Below, one piece after another: positions 1 to 10,737 of a stretch of 64,000 nucleotides of DNA (the stretch's first letter is position 1; the number at the start of each line of letters is the position of its first letter). Where the stretch lies: positions 352,001 to 416,000 of the forward strand of contig CAWDSQ010000007.1 of the NCBI GenBank assembly GCA_963804955.1, given 5' to 3'. Both the position numbers and the translations under genes were made by a program. The stretch is from an uncultured delta proteobacterium. Its GTDB lineage: Bacteria; Desulfobacterota; WTBG01; CAIYCZ01; CAIRTM01. Below the pieces are notes generated by a model. The model made no database searches. It was not told the origin of the DNA and saw only the letters and a list, made by a program, of their open reading frames with translations.

Positions 1-233
1 ATGGAATTGAAACTCTTGCGGATATGATAAACTGTATTTTACAGAAAACAGGCCTGTTCAGATATGCTCATGTCGGTCCGGTGTCCGTCCAGGGTTCGAT
101 TCCTGCAGGCGACACAAAGCCCGTGCGCCGGATGTTTTGTTGTAATGCATTTGATTTCTTTTAACCGGCATGATTGATATATATCATGTCGCTCGCTCAT
201 GACATGCTGACAGAAAAAATTTAGCCTGAATGG

Positions 234-2184
234 ATGCCTATGACAACCGGCACAAACCGTAAAATGACATCATTATATGTTCGCCCGGAGCTTATTATCC
301 TGATGGTGCTTGTCTGTCTGACGCTTACCGTCTTCTTGCAAACCAGGAGCTTCGAATTCTGCAACTATGATGATAATGTCTATGTATATGAAAATCCCAG
401 AATTCGCGGCGGCCTTACCGCAGGAAATATCGCATGGGCATTTACAGAGATACATGAAGGCAACTGGCATCCGCTCACCTGGCTTTCGCATATGATCGAC
501 ATGCAGCTCTATGGCACGAATGCGGGCAACCATCACCTGACAAGCGTACTTTTGCACATTCTTAATGCGATTCTGCTGTTTACCGCTTTCAGCAGAATGA
601 CCGGACAACGCTGGCAAAGTTTTTTTCTTGCCGCCGTATTTGCGATTCATCCGCTGCATGTTGAATCCGTTGCATGGATTGCAGAGCGCAAAGATGTACT
701 GAGCACTTTTTTCATGCTGCTGGCGATGAACAGCTATGTCGGCTATGCGGCAAAGCCCGGCCTCATCAGATATCTGCCGATACTCGGCTTTTTCATATGC
801 GGCCTTTTATCCAAGCCCATGGTTGTAACCTTCCCCTTTATCCTGTTGCTTCTGGACTACTGGCCGCTGCAAAGGCTCGATAGCAAAACAGCCTGGCCAA
901 AACGCGCTCAGGCTTTGCTGATGGAAAAGGTTCCGTTGTTCGCATGCGCCGCCCTTGCGACGGTAATGGCCTTTATAGCCCAGCTCAAGGGCGGAACAGT
1001 AGCCTCACTGACGGATGCACCCCTGCAGCTTCGAGTTGCCAATGCAATTGTTGCCTATTGTGTCTATTTAAAAGACATGATTGCGCCCTTCCGGCTCGGA
1101 GTCTTTTACCCTTTGCCGCAGGATATTCCTTTAACCGGGACCTTGATTTCAGGCATGATACTGCTGGCCATAACCCTGGGCGTACTCAGAAAACGTGCTG
1201 TGCAGCCATGGCTGGCGGTTGGATGGCTGTGGTATATCGTGACCCTGCTGCCGGTAATCGGCATCATCAAAATCGGCTTGCAGGCGCGGGCTGACCGCTA
1301 CACCTATGCGCCCCTTATTGGAATAGGTTTCGGTGTTATATGGGGAATTTCATTTCTCTTGAAACGGGCAGGCAGGGCAATGGCTCTCGGAGTTTTCGGC
1401 GGGTCTCATTCTGATCAGCTTACTCGCCTTGCTGAGTTATCGGCAAGTAAGCTATTGGCGCACGAGCATTACCCTTTTCGAACATACTTTGTCGGTAACG
1501 CGCAACAATTTTATCGCCCATAACAATTTGGCACAGGCGCTGACCGAACAAGGAGATTCATCCGGCGCTATCACTCAGTGCCGGTTGGCGCTTGCTATAA
1601 ATCCCCGATGTGAGCAAACATATGTGAATCTTGGTCTCGCGTTTGCTCAGCAGGGAGACCGGGCACAGGCAATTCATAATTACCGCATGGCATTGGAGCT
1701 GAAGCCTGACTATGCCATAGCCCATAATAATTTGGGTAATATTCTGGGGCAGCAGGGCAAAACCGCAGAGGCGATTGAGCATTTTACCATGGCGATCCAA
1801 CGCAATCCGGATTATGCCGAAGCCTATAATAATCTGGGGACCGTCTTTCTTTACATGAATAAACCAGCTGAAGCACGCGACCAGTTTCTTTTTGCGATCA
1901 GGATCAATCCAGTCTATGCCGAAGCATACAGCAATCTCGGCAATGCCTTTACAATGCTGAAGGACTTTGATACGGCATTGATGCACCACCTGAACGCTGT
2001 TCGGCTTTTGCCCGCAAGTTCTAACATGTATTATAATCTCGGAAATACATATGCCTTAAAGGGTATGCTGTCTGAAGCCGTGCTCAGCTTTCAAACGGCA
2101 TTACAACTGAACCCGGCATCAGAGATGATCAGACAAAGACTGGCGGTAACGCTGGAGCTTCTCAATGCAGGCAAAGCGCCATAA
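234..2184 (+). CDS. TMTC-like membrane glycosyltransferase (GT-C, protein O-mannosyltransferase-like) with C-terminal TPR repeats; one frameshift near 1380-1430
   Basis: ORF 234..1523 has the motifs NYDD, WHPLTWLSH, HPLHVESVAWIAERKDVL and ADRYTY. ORF 1429..2184 continues with QVSYWR..LFEHTL and about 6 TPR repeats (AHNNLG, AYNNLG, AYSNLG). Confidence 0.85.
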
Positions 2185-2277
2185 GAAACATCATTCAGGC
2201 CTGCACCGGGCAGTACTGCCGCGCAGGAGGAAGTCGAAATTTTAAGATGAGGGACTGCCATCGGTGTGCTTTAAGCT

Positions 2278-2745
2278 TCACTTGCCCAGCAATGCATGGC
2301 TGTATGCCAGATCCGACACCTTAAGCCCGTTCTGCGTTTTTACAACCTTCACTGTCATAATGACCGGATCAGAGGCCTGCACACTGCTGAACTTCACAAA
2401 AAAATATATCTTGTAGCAGTCCGGATATGTTTCAATTTTGTTGACCTGGAGCTTTCCCGTTTCATACACCCCGATCGTCTTTGCAAACTGCTCTTTCAAA
2501 GCCGCAAGTTTCCCGGCGGTTATGGCGCCCCGCAGGTTATCGTCAAAATCCCGGCTATAGGCGGCATAATCTCCCGCAGCCAGGCCTGCCAGTATATTGC
2601 CTGCGATCGGCTCAGCCTCGGCCGCCACGCTGCGCGCATCCTGCTCGCGCGGGTCAACCTGCGCAGGCATGTCCGGCGCGATGCTCTTTGCCGAACAGGC
2701 GGCCAGCACAAGCAGCAGCGGCAGCAAAGCATATTTCTTCACCAT
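2278..2745 (-). CDS. lipoprotein, DUF3887-like
   Basis: Lipobox LAAC after a hydrophobic signal peptide; GGGGG RBS; small NTF2-like alpha/beta domain pattern. Confidence 0.7.
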   Translation of the reverse strand: MVKKYALLPLLLVLAACSAKSIAPDMPAQVDPREQDARSVAAEAEPIAGNILAGLAAGDYAAYSRDFDDNLRGAITAGKLAALKEQFAKTIGVYETGKLQVNKIETYPDCYKIYFFVKFSSVQASDPVIMTVKVVKTQNGLKVSDLAYSHALLGK

Positions 2746-2899
2746 ACATCCCCCCTTCTATGAACAGCCTTTTTTAATTTTGCGCAATTTGGGAACCATT
2801 TTAAGTATCTGCCGCCGGTCGCGCTCATAGTCTGCGACCGTCTTTTTCTTCGCAGGCTCCCGAATCTTTTTCCCCTTTGTCATGCAACGATCCTCATGC

Positions 2900-3084
2900 T
2901 AGAGCATTTTTCAAAATAGTATAGCCATATATGCACAGGTGAGCTTTTGGTGAGAGCAGCCCGTGCGGTTCGAGCGATGTACTTTCCATCATGACTGGCT
3001 TCTCTTGCGAGAATATAGCACGGGCAAACGAATCAAAAGCTCATCATAAGGCTGCATGATTACGACAAAAAGAAAAATGCTCTA
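2900..3084. mobile_element. 185-bp MITE-like element, copy 1, with perfect 13-bp terminal inverted repeats
   Basis: TAGAGCATTTTTC at 2900-2912 and GAAAAATGCTCTA at 3072-3084. The interior is homologous to 9905-10090. Confidence 0.75.
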
Positions 3085-3516
3085 TTAATGATCGTAGCTT
3101 TCGGTGCAGCGCCTGCCATAGGCGGCAAGCCGCTCTGCAAGCTTCGGCCCGAGGCCCCTTTTTTCTCCAAACCGCAGGAAAAGATCCTGCCCCAGGCGCC
3201 ATGCCTCGGCCTCAAAAGAGACTTTTTCCGGGCCTGTATCAAGAGCCATAAGACGTGCAAAGAGCTCTCCCCTGCCGCCTGCCTGCATCTGCCGCCACTG
3301 GCATGCATGCCCTGCTTCATGAAAGAGAAGGAACAGCGGCTCGGAAAAATCACGCTGCACCGGGTCATAAAAAAGCACGATCGACTGCAGGCCGCCTCCC
3401 GGCGGATAATAGTATGCTGCGGCATTCTGCAGCTCTACAAGCTGGATGGCAAGATCAGGGAACACGTCCCAGCACAGAAAAGCTTTTGCCGCATCAAGCA
3501 TTGTTTTGGGTATCAT
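3085..3516 (-). CDS. small HExxH zinc metallopeptidase-like protein (ImmA/IrrE-like)
   Basis: LFHEAGH motif and a downstream E (FEAEAW). The likely start is the ATG at 3516 (MIPKTML). Confidence 0.6.
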   Translation of the reverse strand: MIPKTMLDAAKAFLCWDVFPDLAIQLVELQNAAAYYYPPGGGLQSIVLFYDPVQRDFSEPLFLLFHEAGHACQWRQMQAGGRGELFARLMALDTGPEKVSFEAEAWRLGQDLFLRFGEKRGLGPKLAERLAAYGRRCTESYDH

Positions 3517-3522
3517 ATACCA

Positions 3523-3607
3523 CAAACGGGCTGACGGTTTGTATCTGACAGGGAATATACCACGATTGACAACAAACCGACAACCCGTTTGCACAGCAAA
3601 CCTGTCT
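3523..3607. repeat. hairpin-forming direct repeat, left copy
   Basis: CAAACGGGCTGACGGTTTG (3523-3541) is an imperfect inverted repeat of CAAACCGACAACCCGTTTG (3573-3591). The 21-mer at 3573-3593 is identical to 8924-8944. Confidence 0.8.
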
Positions 3608-3826
3608 TCTGCGACTCCAGGCGATAGGATACGCACCGTTGTCTTTACAGCCTTCCTGCTAAAAGCCTATACAATCTCCTAATAGTAATAAAAAATTCAG
3701 CTAAAAACAAACTGCTCGACAACCTTGCTAAAACTTGCAATAAACGTCTTTGGGCTCCAGACCAGAAATGAGAGTTTAATATGTTTATACCGTTTAAAAA
3801 GCATCCAGCAATGAAAGGCTCCGAGC

Positions 3827-6023
3827 TTGATAGAAAAAGATTTCGACATCTCGTTCATAGCCGACCTTGCACTGCGCAAAAACAGATTCAGCAGAACTAC
3901 CGGCCGATTATCGCGGTTCACAAGTGGTTTGCTCGAAGACCCGGAACACTGTTCCGAGGCTTGCTGCTTTCCGAATTTCTCGATAGGCCCCTTCACGAGG
4001 CATTTTATACGGCAAACAGTCTGCAAGGGCTGAAGGTTGGCGATCCCTTCATGGGTGGCGGGACGCCACTTATAGAAGCAAACAGGCTCGGCTGTGATAC
4101 TGCCGGATTCGACATCAACCCGATGTCCTACTGGATCGTCAAACAGGAAATCGAGCATCTCGATTTACCTGGCTATGTCAAGGCAGCCAATTCTTTACGC
4201 GGCCAGTTGGAAAAGGAAATCGGAGAGCTGTACCGTACACGCTGTGTTTTTTGCAACAATCAGGATGCCCATGTTAAGTATTTTCTGTGGGTCAAAACCA
4301 TAGCCTGCCGCACATGCAATACCGCAATTGATTTGTTCCCCGGCTACCTGGTGGCAACCGATGCACGACATCCAAAGAACGTCTTTGTCTGCCACGCATG
4401 CGGGCAATTGACGGAAACAATCGACCGGAGAAGTCCCGGGGCTTGCGAGCATTGCGGCACCGTGCTTTCAGTGGAAGGTCCCGCAAAACGCAGTCACTGC
4501 CAATGCCCCGACTGCGGCACAACCAATACATTTCCCAACAAGACCCTGGGGCCGCCACGGCATCGGCTTTTCGCTCTGGAATTCTACTGCCCGTCCTGCA
4601 AGGGCGCCATAGCGGCAGGTTCTTCAAGGTCCCGGATTCCGAGGATTGTAGCCAAGGCCACTCAGGCGGAAGAACGATGGTCAAAAACGCGGTCACGGTA
4701 TGTCCCGGATGACGAAATCCCGACCGGCGACGAGACAAACCGTCTCCATCGCTGGGGGTACAACCACTACCGGGAAATGTTCAATGGCCGGCAACTCCTG
4801 GGCCTGGAACTGTCGGCCCGGATGATAGCGCAAACAACCAACGAACGCGTTCGAAACGCTCTGGCAACCAATCTCTCCGATCTGCTGCGCTATCAGAACA
4901 TGCTCTGCCGCTATGACACCATGGCGCTGAAATCACTGGATATTTTTTCGGTTCACGGATTTCCGGTGGGGCTCATTCAATGTGAATCCAATTTCCTTGG
5001 CATAGTGCAGGAGCACTCGGAGTATCTGCGTGGGCAGCGGCGGCTGGGCGAATATCATCGAGAAGTTTCGCAAGGCAAGGCCTACTGCGACAGTCCGTTT
5101 GAAATCAGGCATCAGAGGGGAAAAAAGGAAATCGTTCCGATCAAGGGGAATGGATCGGCGACAACCCAAACGGGCAACATGCAGTCGGGCAGCCGCATCG
5201 TGGAGATGCACTGCGATGACGCGGCCCAAGCGGCCCTGGCGCCGGCCTCACTGGATGCGGTTTTGACCGATCCCCCGTATTTCGGCAACGTGCAATATGC
5301 GGAACTGATGGATTTCTGCTATGTCTGGCTCCGACGTCTGATCCATACCGAGCCCGGCGCATTTGCCAATCCTTCGACACGCCATCCCCAGGAACTGACG
5401 GGCAACGAAGACATGGGCAGGGGAATTGATCACTTTGCCCAAGGGCTGTCAGTCGGTCTTTCAGAAGATGGCAAAGGCCCTGAAGCCCGGTGCGCCGCTG
5501 GCATTTACCTATCACCACAACGACCTCGAGGCCTACTACCCGGTTGCCGTGGCCATCCTCGATGCCGGCCTGACCTGCTCGGCTTCGCTGCCCTGCCCGG
5601 CGGAAATGGGTGCTTCAATTCACATTAACGGTACAGGCTCTCAATCATCGACACTGTTTTTGTCTGCCGGTCGACCGGCACCTTTCCCGCGAAAGTGGAT
5701 TGTCGATTCACTGGATAAGGTCGCTGAACTTGTTGCAGAGGATCTGGCAAAACTGCGCTCCGGCAATGTCAAGCCAACGGCCGGAGACATGCGGTGCATT
5801 GCCTACGGCCATCTCATTCGTCTGGCAGTATGGAATCTTCGTGCAGACCTGGGACAAAAATGCCGATATCAACAAACGCTTGTCGGCGGTTGCCTCATGG
5901 ATTCAGGGATTTGGCGGATGGCCGGAAATCGAGAAACGCCTTTCACAGCCGGTAAAATCTATCCACAATGCGCCTTTGCTACGCCGTACGCGAAGATCAC
6001 GAACATTATGGAGCCACGTATGA
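3827..6023 (+). CDS. Zn-ribbon adenine-specific DNA methyltransferase (DUF1156-like); multiple frameshifts
   Basis: HKWFARRP, motif I DPFMGGGT, several CxxC pairs, motif IV TDPPYFGNVQYAEL, and FTYHH. Pieces lie in ORFs 3827, 3781, 5030, 5426 and 5610. Confidence 0.8.
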
Positions 6024-6939
6024 AGAAATATCCTTTTGAAGCGACCTTTGCCGAAATACAGCGAAATGCGGAAGCGTACGTTGATGCTGTATTCTCGTGT
6101 CTTGAGTCGGAATTTCTCGTAATGCCCAAGGGCGTTGGATTCGTTGAGTATCCGGCATTCGAACGCGGCTATGAAGCCTAAAAATCGCAACAAAAAGTTT
6201 TGCCAAGCTCGATCCGGCAAAAATACTGACAGCACCTGTAGCAGCGAGCCGATTTCTCTTGTGGTTCTTCGCACCATGCTCGGCTTTACGCCGCCTGAAT
6301 GGGCTTACGTGGCGACCCAGCGGACCGGGGTGAACGTTACGCAAGGCTTTGTCAGAACGCTCGACAGAAAGATCAGGATGTCGCCGGAAACTCCGCTCAA
6401 GGCAAACGGAGAAACCGGGGAAAGCTGAAAGCCTGTGGAAACAGCTTGTCTCATGCTCACGGAAGGCTCTGCCCACAGTTGAGGACTGACCAACTTCATC
6501 GTTTGAATAAGGCCGATACCAGGCAAGGGCTCGACAGCATAAAGAATACTGCCGCTATGGGTGTGCCCTATGCCATGCTTCTGTACGAACGTTTTCTCGG
6601 GCGGCCCTTTGCCGGTCATCGCGATTCGGTCAGCGAATTGATTGGTGACAGCCTCGAGTCGGCCATCGAGGATGTGCTCTCAAAGCCGGGATCAGTTATC
6701 GCAAAACGAAGCGGGCGGAACGAATCGAGGGGTTCGATCAAACTCCCGATTTCATCATCCCCAGCGAGTTCAACCCGCAGGTCATCATTGAAGCAAAGAT
6801 CACCGAAGACGACGGCACGGCTCGGGACAAGGTGACGCGCATTCAGCACCTCGGCGAATTGAGTCTTGCCGGTCGTGCGGCAGACAACCCAAAATATGAA
6901 GTCATCGCCTGCATAGGCGTGTTCATTATGATACATTAA
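6020..6939 (+). CDS. PD-(D/E)xK restriction endonuclease-like protein; frameshifted and probably 3'-truncated
   Basis: ATGA overlap with the MTase. Translating from 6721 gives TPDFIIPSEFNPQVIIEAKITEDDGTARDKVTRIQHL (PD...EAK). The sequence switches abruptly to AT-rich DNA at about 6920. Confidence 0.7.
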
Positions 6940-6976
6940 GATAAATATAAAAAAATATAGACGGAGCAAATAAATA

Positions 6977-7168
6977 ATGGCTGTAAAAGTCCAGCTGACA
7001 ATTGAGCAGATTGCAGATACGCTGCTTCACATGAAAAAGGATGAGCTTGATTCACTTGAGCTTCTTCTGGATAAAAAAACTGTTGCCGAGATAAAAAAAC
7101 GCCGCCAGGAAGCGCGGGCCGGCAAAACAGTTACCCTTCGCAACATGAAGTCCCTTCAGAATTTATGA
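6977..7168 (+). CDS. putative antitoxin (63 aa)
   Basis: Small ORF with GGAG RBS and the C-terminal pattern EARAGKTVTL; ATGA-coupled to a RelE-like ORF. Confidence 0.6.
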   Translation: MAVKVQLTIEQIADTLLHMKKDELDSLELLLDKKTVAEIKKRRQEARAGKTVTLRNMKSLQNL

Positions 7169-7383
7169 TCTGCCAGGCAACCTTTCATCCGAAGGTCGAT
7201 AAAGATCTATCAAGGCTTGACAAGCCTGTGCGGCTGCAAATCAGAGATCGTCATATCAGGGGTATCGCACGTGCTAAAAGATATCTTTCACGAATGCCTG
7301 CAATACTAGAAAATCCGCATAGTGCAGGCAGTCCCTTAACGGGAGTGCTGGCCGGGCTGCGAAGCTATCATTTCTCCGCTTGA
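7165..7383 (+). pseudogene. RelE/ParE-family toxin, C-terminally truncated, with an apparent in-frame insertion
   Basis: FHPKVDKDLSRLDK...ILENPHSAGSPLTGVLAGLRSYHF is RelE-like. It lacks the final YRIxY strands. Confidence 0.65.
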
Positions 7384-8812
7384 TTGATAGGGGAATAGAG
7401 CAATGTAAGATTTATGTTGAAAAGATGAGCATGGGCAGTCATCGCTTAGCTACGATCATAAATGATATGCAGTTAGTTAAATATAAGGGCAAATTATTTG
7501 TTCCGAAACCTGGCAATTACCAGATAAACCATGATTTTAACAAAGGCAGAACTTTATGGCTAATCACTGACAGGTCGATTTCAGGGGGGCAAACCAGAAA
7601 CCCAGGGAATAACAGATACTATATATGTTATGAGCAGTCCCTCAAGAATGACTCTCCTTTTTTCTTCTTTGACGAAAACAAACCAGCATGGAAATCACAT
7701 ACAACTCTGCCTCACAGTTTAACATCTGCCCTTATTAATATTGCAAGACCAATACCGACAGAAGGCGTCATATGTGACCCTTTTGCCGGAACTGGCACAA
7801 CTTGGATAGAGGTCAAACGACTACAATTACCCAATAAGGTGCATTCATCCGATCTCTCTCCTGCAACGGAATTATTACTATCTGACAATATTCGTTTTTT
7901 TAGTTTATCCTCAAATGAACTCATCAAACGGGTGGACAACCAAAAGCATCATTTATGATGCTCTCGCATGGCCAAGTGCGACTTGATCTCGGTGATGATA
8001 CAGCAATTTTTTCTTCATATGATATCGTTTTTCGTATGCTGAATAATTTGAAAATGAAACAAGCACAGGATGAAGACCGAGAATTTATTTTACCAGAGGC
8101 AGTAGTTAGAGAATTAATCGGGCTTCCATTTTTAACAAGACTTATTTTTTATATTGGATTGAGGGCTGAACTTAGATATCAAAGCGGTTTTAAAAGAAAA
8201 TCGCTTAAATATGAAGATGCATTTGCGAAATCACTTAACAAGCTTATAGAACAAATACACATGCTTATTGATTTAAAAAGAAAAGTTGAATTTCAAGTTA
8301 GCCCTAGCCATAATGGTCAACAAAACAATTCGTATATAAAATCAATCGCAACATATTCATTTCGCCTGACTCCAGCCATTATATTCAATAAGCCAGAAAA
8401 CCTCCTGAGCGGCATTGAATTTGAAGTGTTTTCTTCATTCGATGCACGCAATTTAAAACGTGCGTCTAATGATTTGATAATTTGCGACCCTCCTTATGGT
8501 TTTAATACAACTGAAGATGATAGCGGATTAGCGCAGTTATATTCCGAATTTATTGATAAAGCAATCGCATCCATTCGACCTAAAGGACAGCTTATTCTTT
8601 GTTTACCAGCAGAATCCTTTACTGGACGAGATTTGCCTTACTGTACGCGAAGCGATGTTATATCTCGTCAAATCCTTGTAAAGGCACATAAACAAGGTAG
8701 ACTCGTTTACCAACCCGCAAACAGCCTCCCACTCGCTTCTCTTTCGCCGCCATATTATTGGGAATCTGAGCGAGCCTTGAGGAGGTCAATTCTTCATTTC
8801 AGATTTTGTTAA
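7380..8812 (+). CDS. amino-methyltransferase (N6/N4 DNA MTase or Trm11/RlmL-like); AT-rich, frameshift near 7950, possibly 5'-truncated
   Basis: HTTLPHSLTSALINIA, motif I CDPFAGTGTT in ORF 7380..7958 and motif IV ICDPPYG in ORF 7955..8812. Confidence 0.7.
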
Positions 8813-8870
8813 GGGAGAAAAAGGTGTCAGGTCTACGTTTGACTTATGACAGTAATCAAAAGGGTGAAAT

Positions 8871-8959
8871 CAAACACGGGCGGAAGGTTTGAATCCGATC
8901 CTGGCAACGTACCATGATTGAACCAAACCGACAACCCGTTTGCAGAGCTATCCTCTCTC
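8871..8959. repeat. hairpin-forming direct repeat, right copy
   Basis: CAAACACGGGCGGAAGGTTTG ... TACCATGATTGAACCAAACCGACAACCCGTTTGCAGAGC aligns with 3523-3607. Confidence 0.8.
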
Positions 8960-9148
8960 TTTCCAGCTCAGCCTGCATAAGCCCCTCCATAACAGAGCCG
9001 CTGCTGCGCCATCCGGGTTTGCGTTTCGCAAAAAAACGGGCACATTCATATCACTTGCTTTTTTTTGTTATGGCTCGGATAATTGCGGCTGATGACAGGC
9101 CCTCTCAAGCGGATTTCCGGCACGTGAACCTTCATGCTGTGATGCACC

Positions 9149-9907
9149 ATGCACGATAAAATATGGTCTGAAACATTCCGGGCGCGCTATTATGAAGTCG
9201 GGCCTGACGGCTGCGTGACCATCCAGGCCCTGTGCAATTATTTTCAGGAAGCGGCAGGCAACCATGCCACCCGGCTGGGCGTGGGCATGCAGAAACTTAT
9301 GGAGCAGCGCCGGAGCTGGGTTCTGTCGCGCATGCTGGTAGAGATGTCGGTTTTCCCGGGCTGGCTCGATGAGGTGACGGTTGACACCTGGCCCGCAGGC
9401 ATTGAGCGCATGTTTGCCATACGCCTTTTCAGGCTTCGCTGCGGCGAGCGGATAATCGGCTGCGGATCAAGCGCATGGCTGCTGTTTGATCTTGACCGCC
9501 GCAGGCCCCTGCGCCCTGACTTCGTCCGCGATCTTGCCGTGGAGGGCCCTGAGCTGGGCCTGGCGGCAATGCTTTCCGGTAAGGTGGAGCCGCCGGGCCA
9601 GTGCCCGTGGCAGCGGCCATTCACCGTGCGCACGAGCGATCTTGACATGAATCAGCATGTCAACAATGTCAATTATATAGACTGGGCACTTGAAGCCGTG
9701 CCGCCGGATACCCGGCGCTCATGCCGCCTCCACCGGCTGCAGATCGAATTTCTGGCCGAATGCAGGGAAGATGAGCAGGTTGTCTCGAAATGCGCCCCTG
9801 ATGACAGCGCGGCAGGCGGCTGCTTTCGCCATGCCATATGCCGGTCCGACGGCAGCATCGCCGCAGCGGCCCTGAGCAGCTGGCAAGGCAGAGAAAATCG
9901 CGGCTAG
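9149..9907 (+). CDS. acyl-ACP thioesterase (FatA/FatM-like, double hotdog)
   Basis: FQEAAGNHA, WVLSRM and DLDMNQHVNNVNY motifs. Confidence 0.9.
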   Translation: MHDKIWSETFRARYYEVGPDGCVTIQALCNYFQEAAGNHATRLGVGMQKLMEQRRSWVLSRMLVEMSVFPGWLDEVTVDTWPAGIERMFAIRLFRLRCGERIIGCGSSAWLLFDLDRRRPLRPDFVRDLAVEGPELGLAAMLSGKVEPPGQCPWQRPFTVRTSDLDMNQHVNNVNYIDWALEAVPPDTRRSCRLHRLQIEFLAECREDEQVVSKCAPDDSAAGGCFRHAICRSDGSIAAAALSSWQGRENRG

Positions 9908-10090
9908 GGGATTTTTCAAAATGTTCCAGCCAGGGGCATGAGGAGAGTTTGTGGTGAGAGCAGCCTGTGCGGTTCGAGCGCTACACCCTCCTGCAATGCC
10001 GCGTTCTCCTGCGAGAACTTAGCACAGGCAAACGAATCACAAACTGACTCCATGCACATGCAGGGCGATGGCAAAAAGGAAAATGTTCTA
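9905..10090. mobile_element. 186-bp MITE-like element, copy 2
   Basis: Starts TAGGGGATTTTTCAAAAT (overlapping the thioesterase TAG) and ends GGAAAATGTTCTA. The interior is collinear with 2900-3084. Confidence 0.75.
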
Positions 10091-10129
10091 AAGCCGCTCA
10101 TGCATCAAACCAATATAAAGGAGGTCTCT

Positions 10130-10696
10130 ATGATACTCGGACTGTGCGGCAGCGGAAGAAAAGAAGGCAATACCGGCGCTCTGGTCGAGGCGGTAGTGCA
10201 GGGGGCGGGCGGCCCGTCAGAGCTTATCTGGCTCATCGACCTGAACATCGGGTACTGCACGGGCTGCCTGCGCTGCGCCTTTGAAGGCAAATGCTGGCAG
10301 CAGGACGGCATGACAGATCTCTACCAGAAGCTCATCGACTGCGACGCCATTGTGTTCGGATCGCCCTGCTATTACGGCAATGTATCCGGGCTTTTTAAAA
10401 GCTTTATGGACCGCAGCATCGCCCTGGGCTATATGGGCATCGGCAAGGAGTCCGAAATTGCCATGCACGGCCGCAAGCCCCTTGCCGGCAAACCCGCGGC
10501 CCTTGTATCGGCTGTGGCGGGCCATGGCGCGGACAGCGTGCTTGCAATAATGGAGAGTTATGCCGGCTACGGCGAAATGAACATCGTCGGAAAACTCGGC
10601 GCAGTGGCGGGCATGGATGATGTGCGGGATAAAAAGGAAATTATGGACCAGGCCCGGGAACTTGGCGCAAAGATGCGGCAGGCTCTAGAAAAATAA
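10130..10696 (+). CDS. iron-sulfur flavoprotein / NADPH-dependent FMN reductase family
   Basis: GSGRKEGNT, CxGCxxC...C, GSPCYYGNVSG..KSFMDR; AAGGAGG RBS before the ATG at 10130. Confidence 0.9.
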   Translation: MILGLCGSGRKEGNTGALVEAVVQGAGGPSELIWLIDLNIGYCTGCLRCAFEGKCWQQDGMTDLYQKLIDCDAIVFGSPCYYGNVSGLFKSFMDRSIALGYMGIGKESEIAMHGRKPLAGKPAALVSAVAGHGADSVLAIMESYAGYGEMNIVGKLGAVAGMDDVRDKKEIMDQARELGAKMRQALEK

Positions 10697-10707
10697 GAGG
10701 TGCTCAT

Positions 10708-10737
10708 AAGCCGCCTCAAATACGAGGCGGCTTTTTT
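10708..10737 (+). terminator. intrinsic terminator between convergent genes
   Basis: AAGCCGCCTC-aaatac-GAGGCGGCTT followed by a T run. Confidence 0.65.

Noticed and set aside
8819..8846. GGTGTCAGGTCT...TTGAC motif reminiscent of HUH/RAYT-associated ends
   Set aside because: Single copy with no associated transposase in the window.
3523..8944. Integron attC sites / cassette array
   Set aside because: The hairpin ends (CACAAAC...GTTTGCA) do not fit RYYYAAC...GTTRRRY, only two copies exist, they do not follow each ORF, and no integrase is present.
9938..10129. N-terminal extension of the flavodoxin ORF
   Set aside because: It is read-through of the MITE; the strong RBS supports the ATG at 10130.
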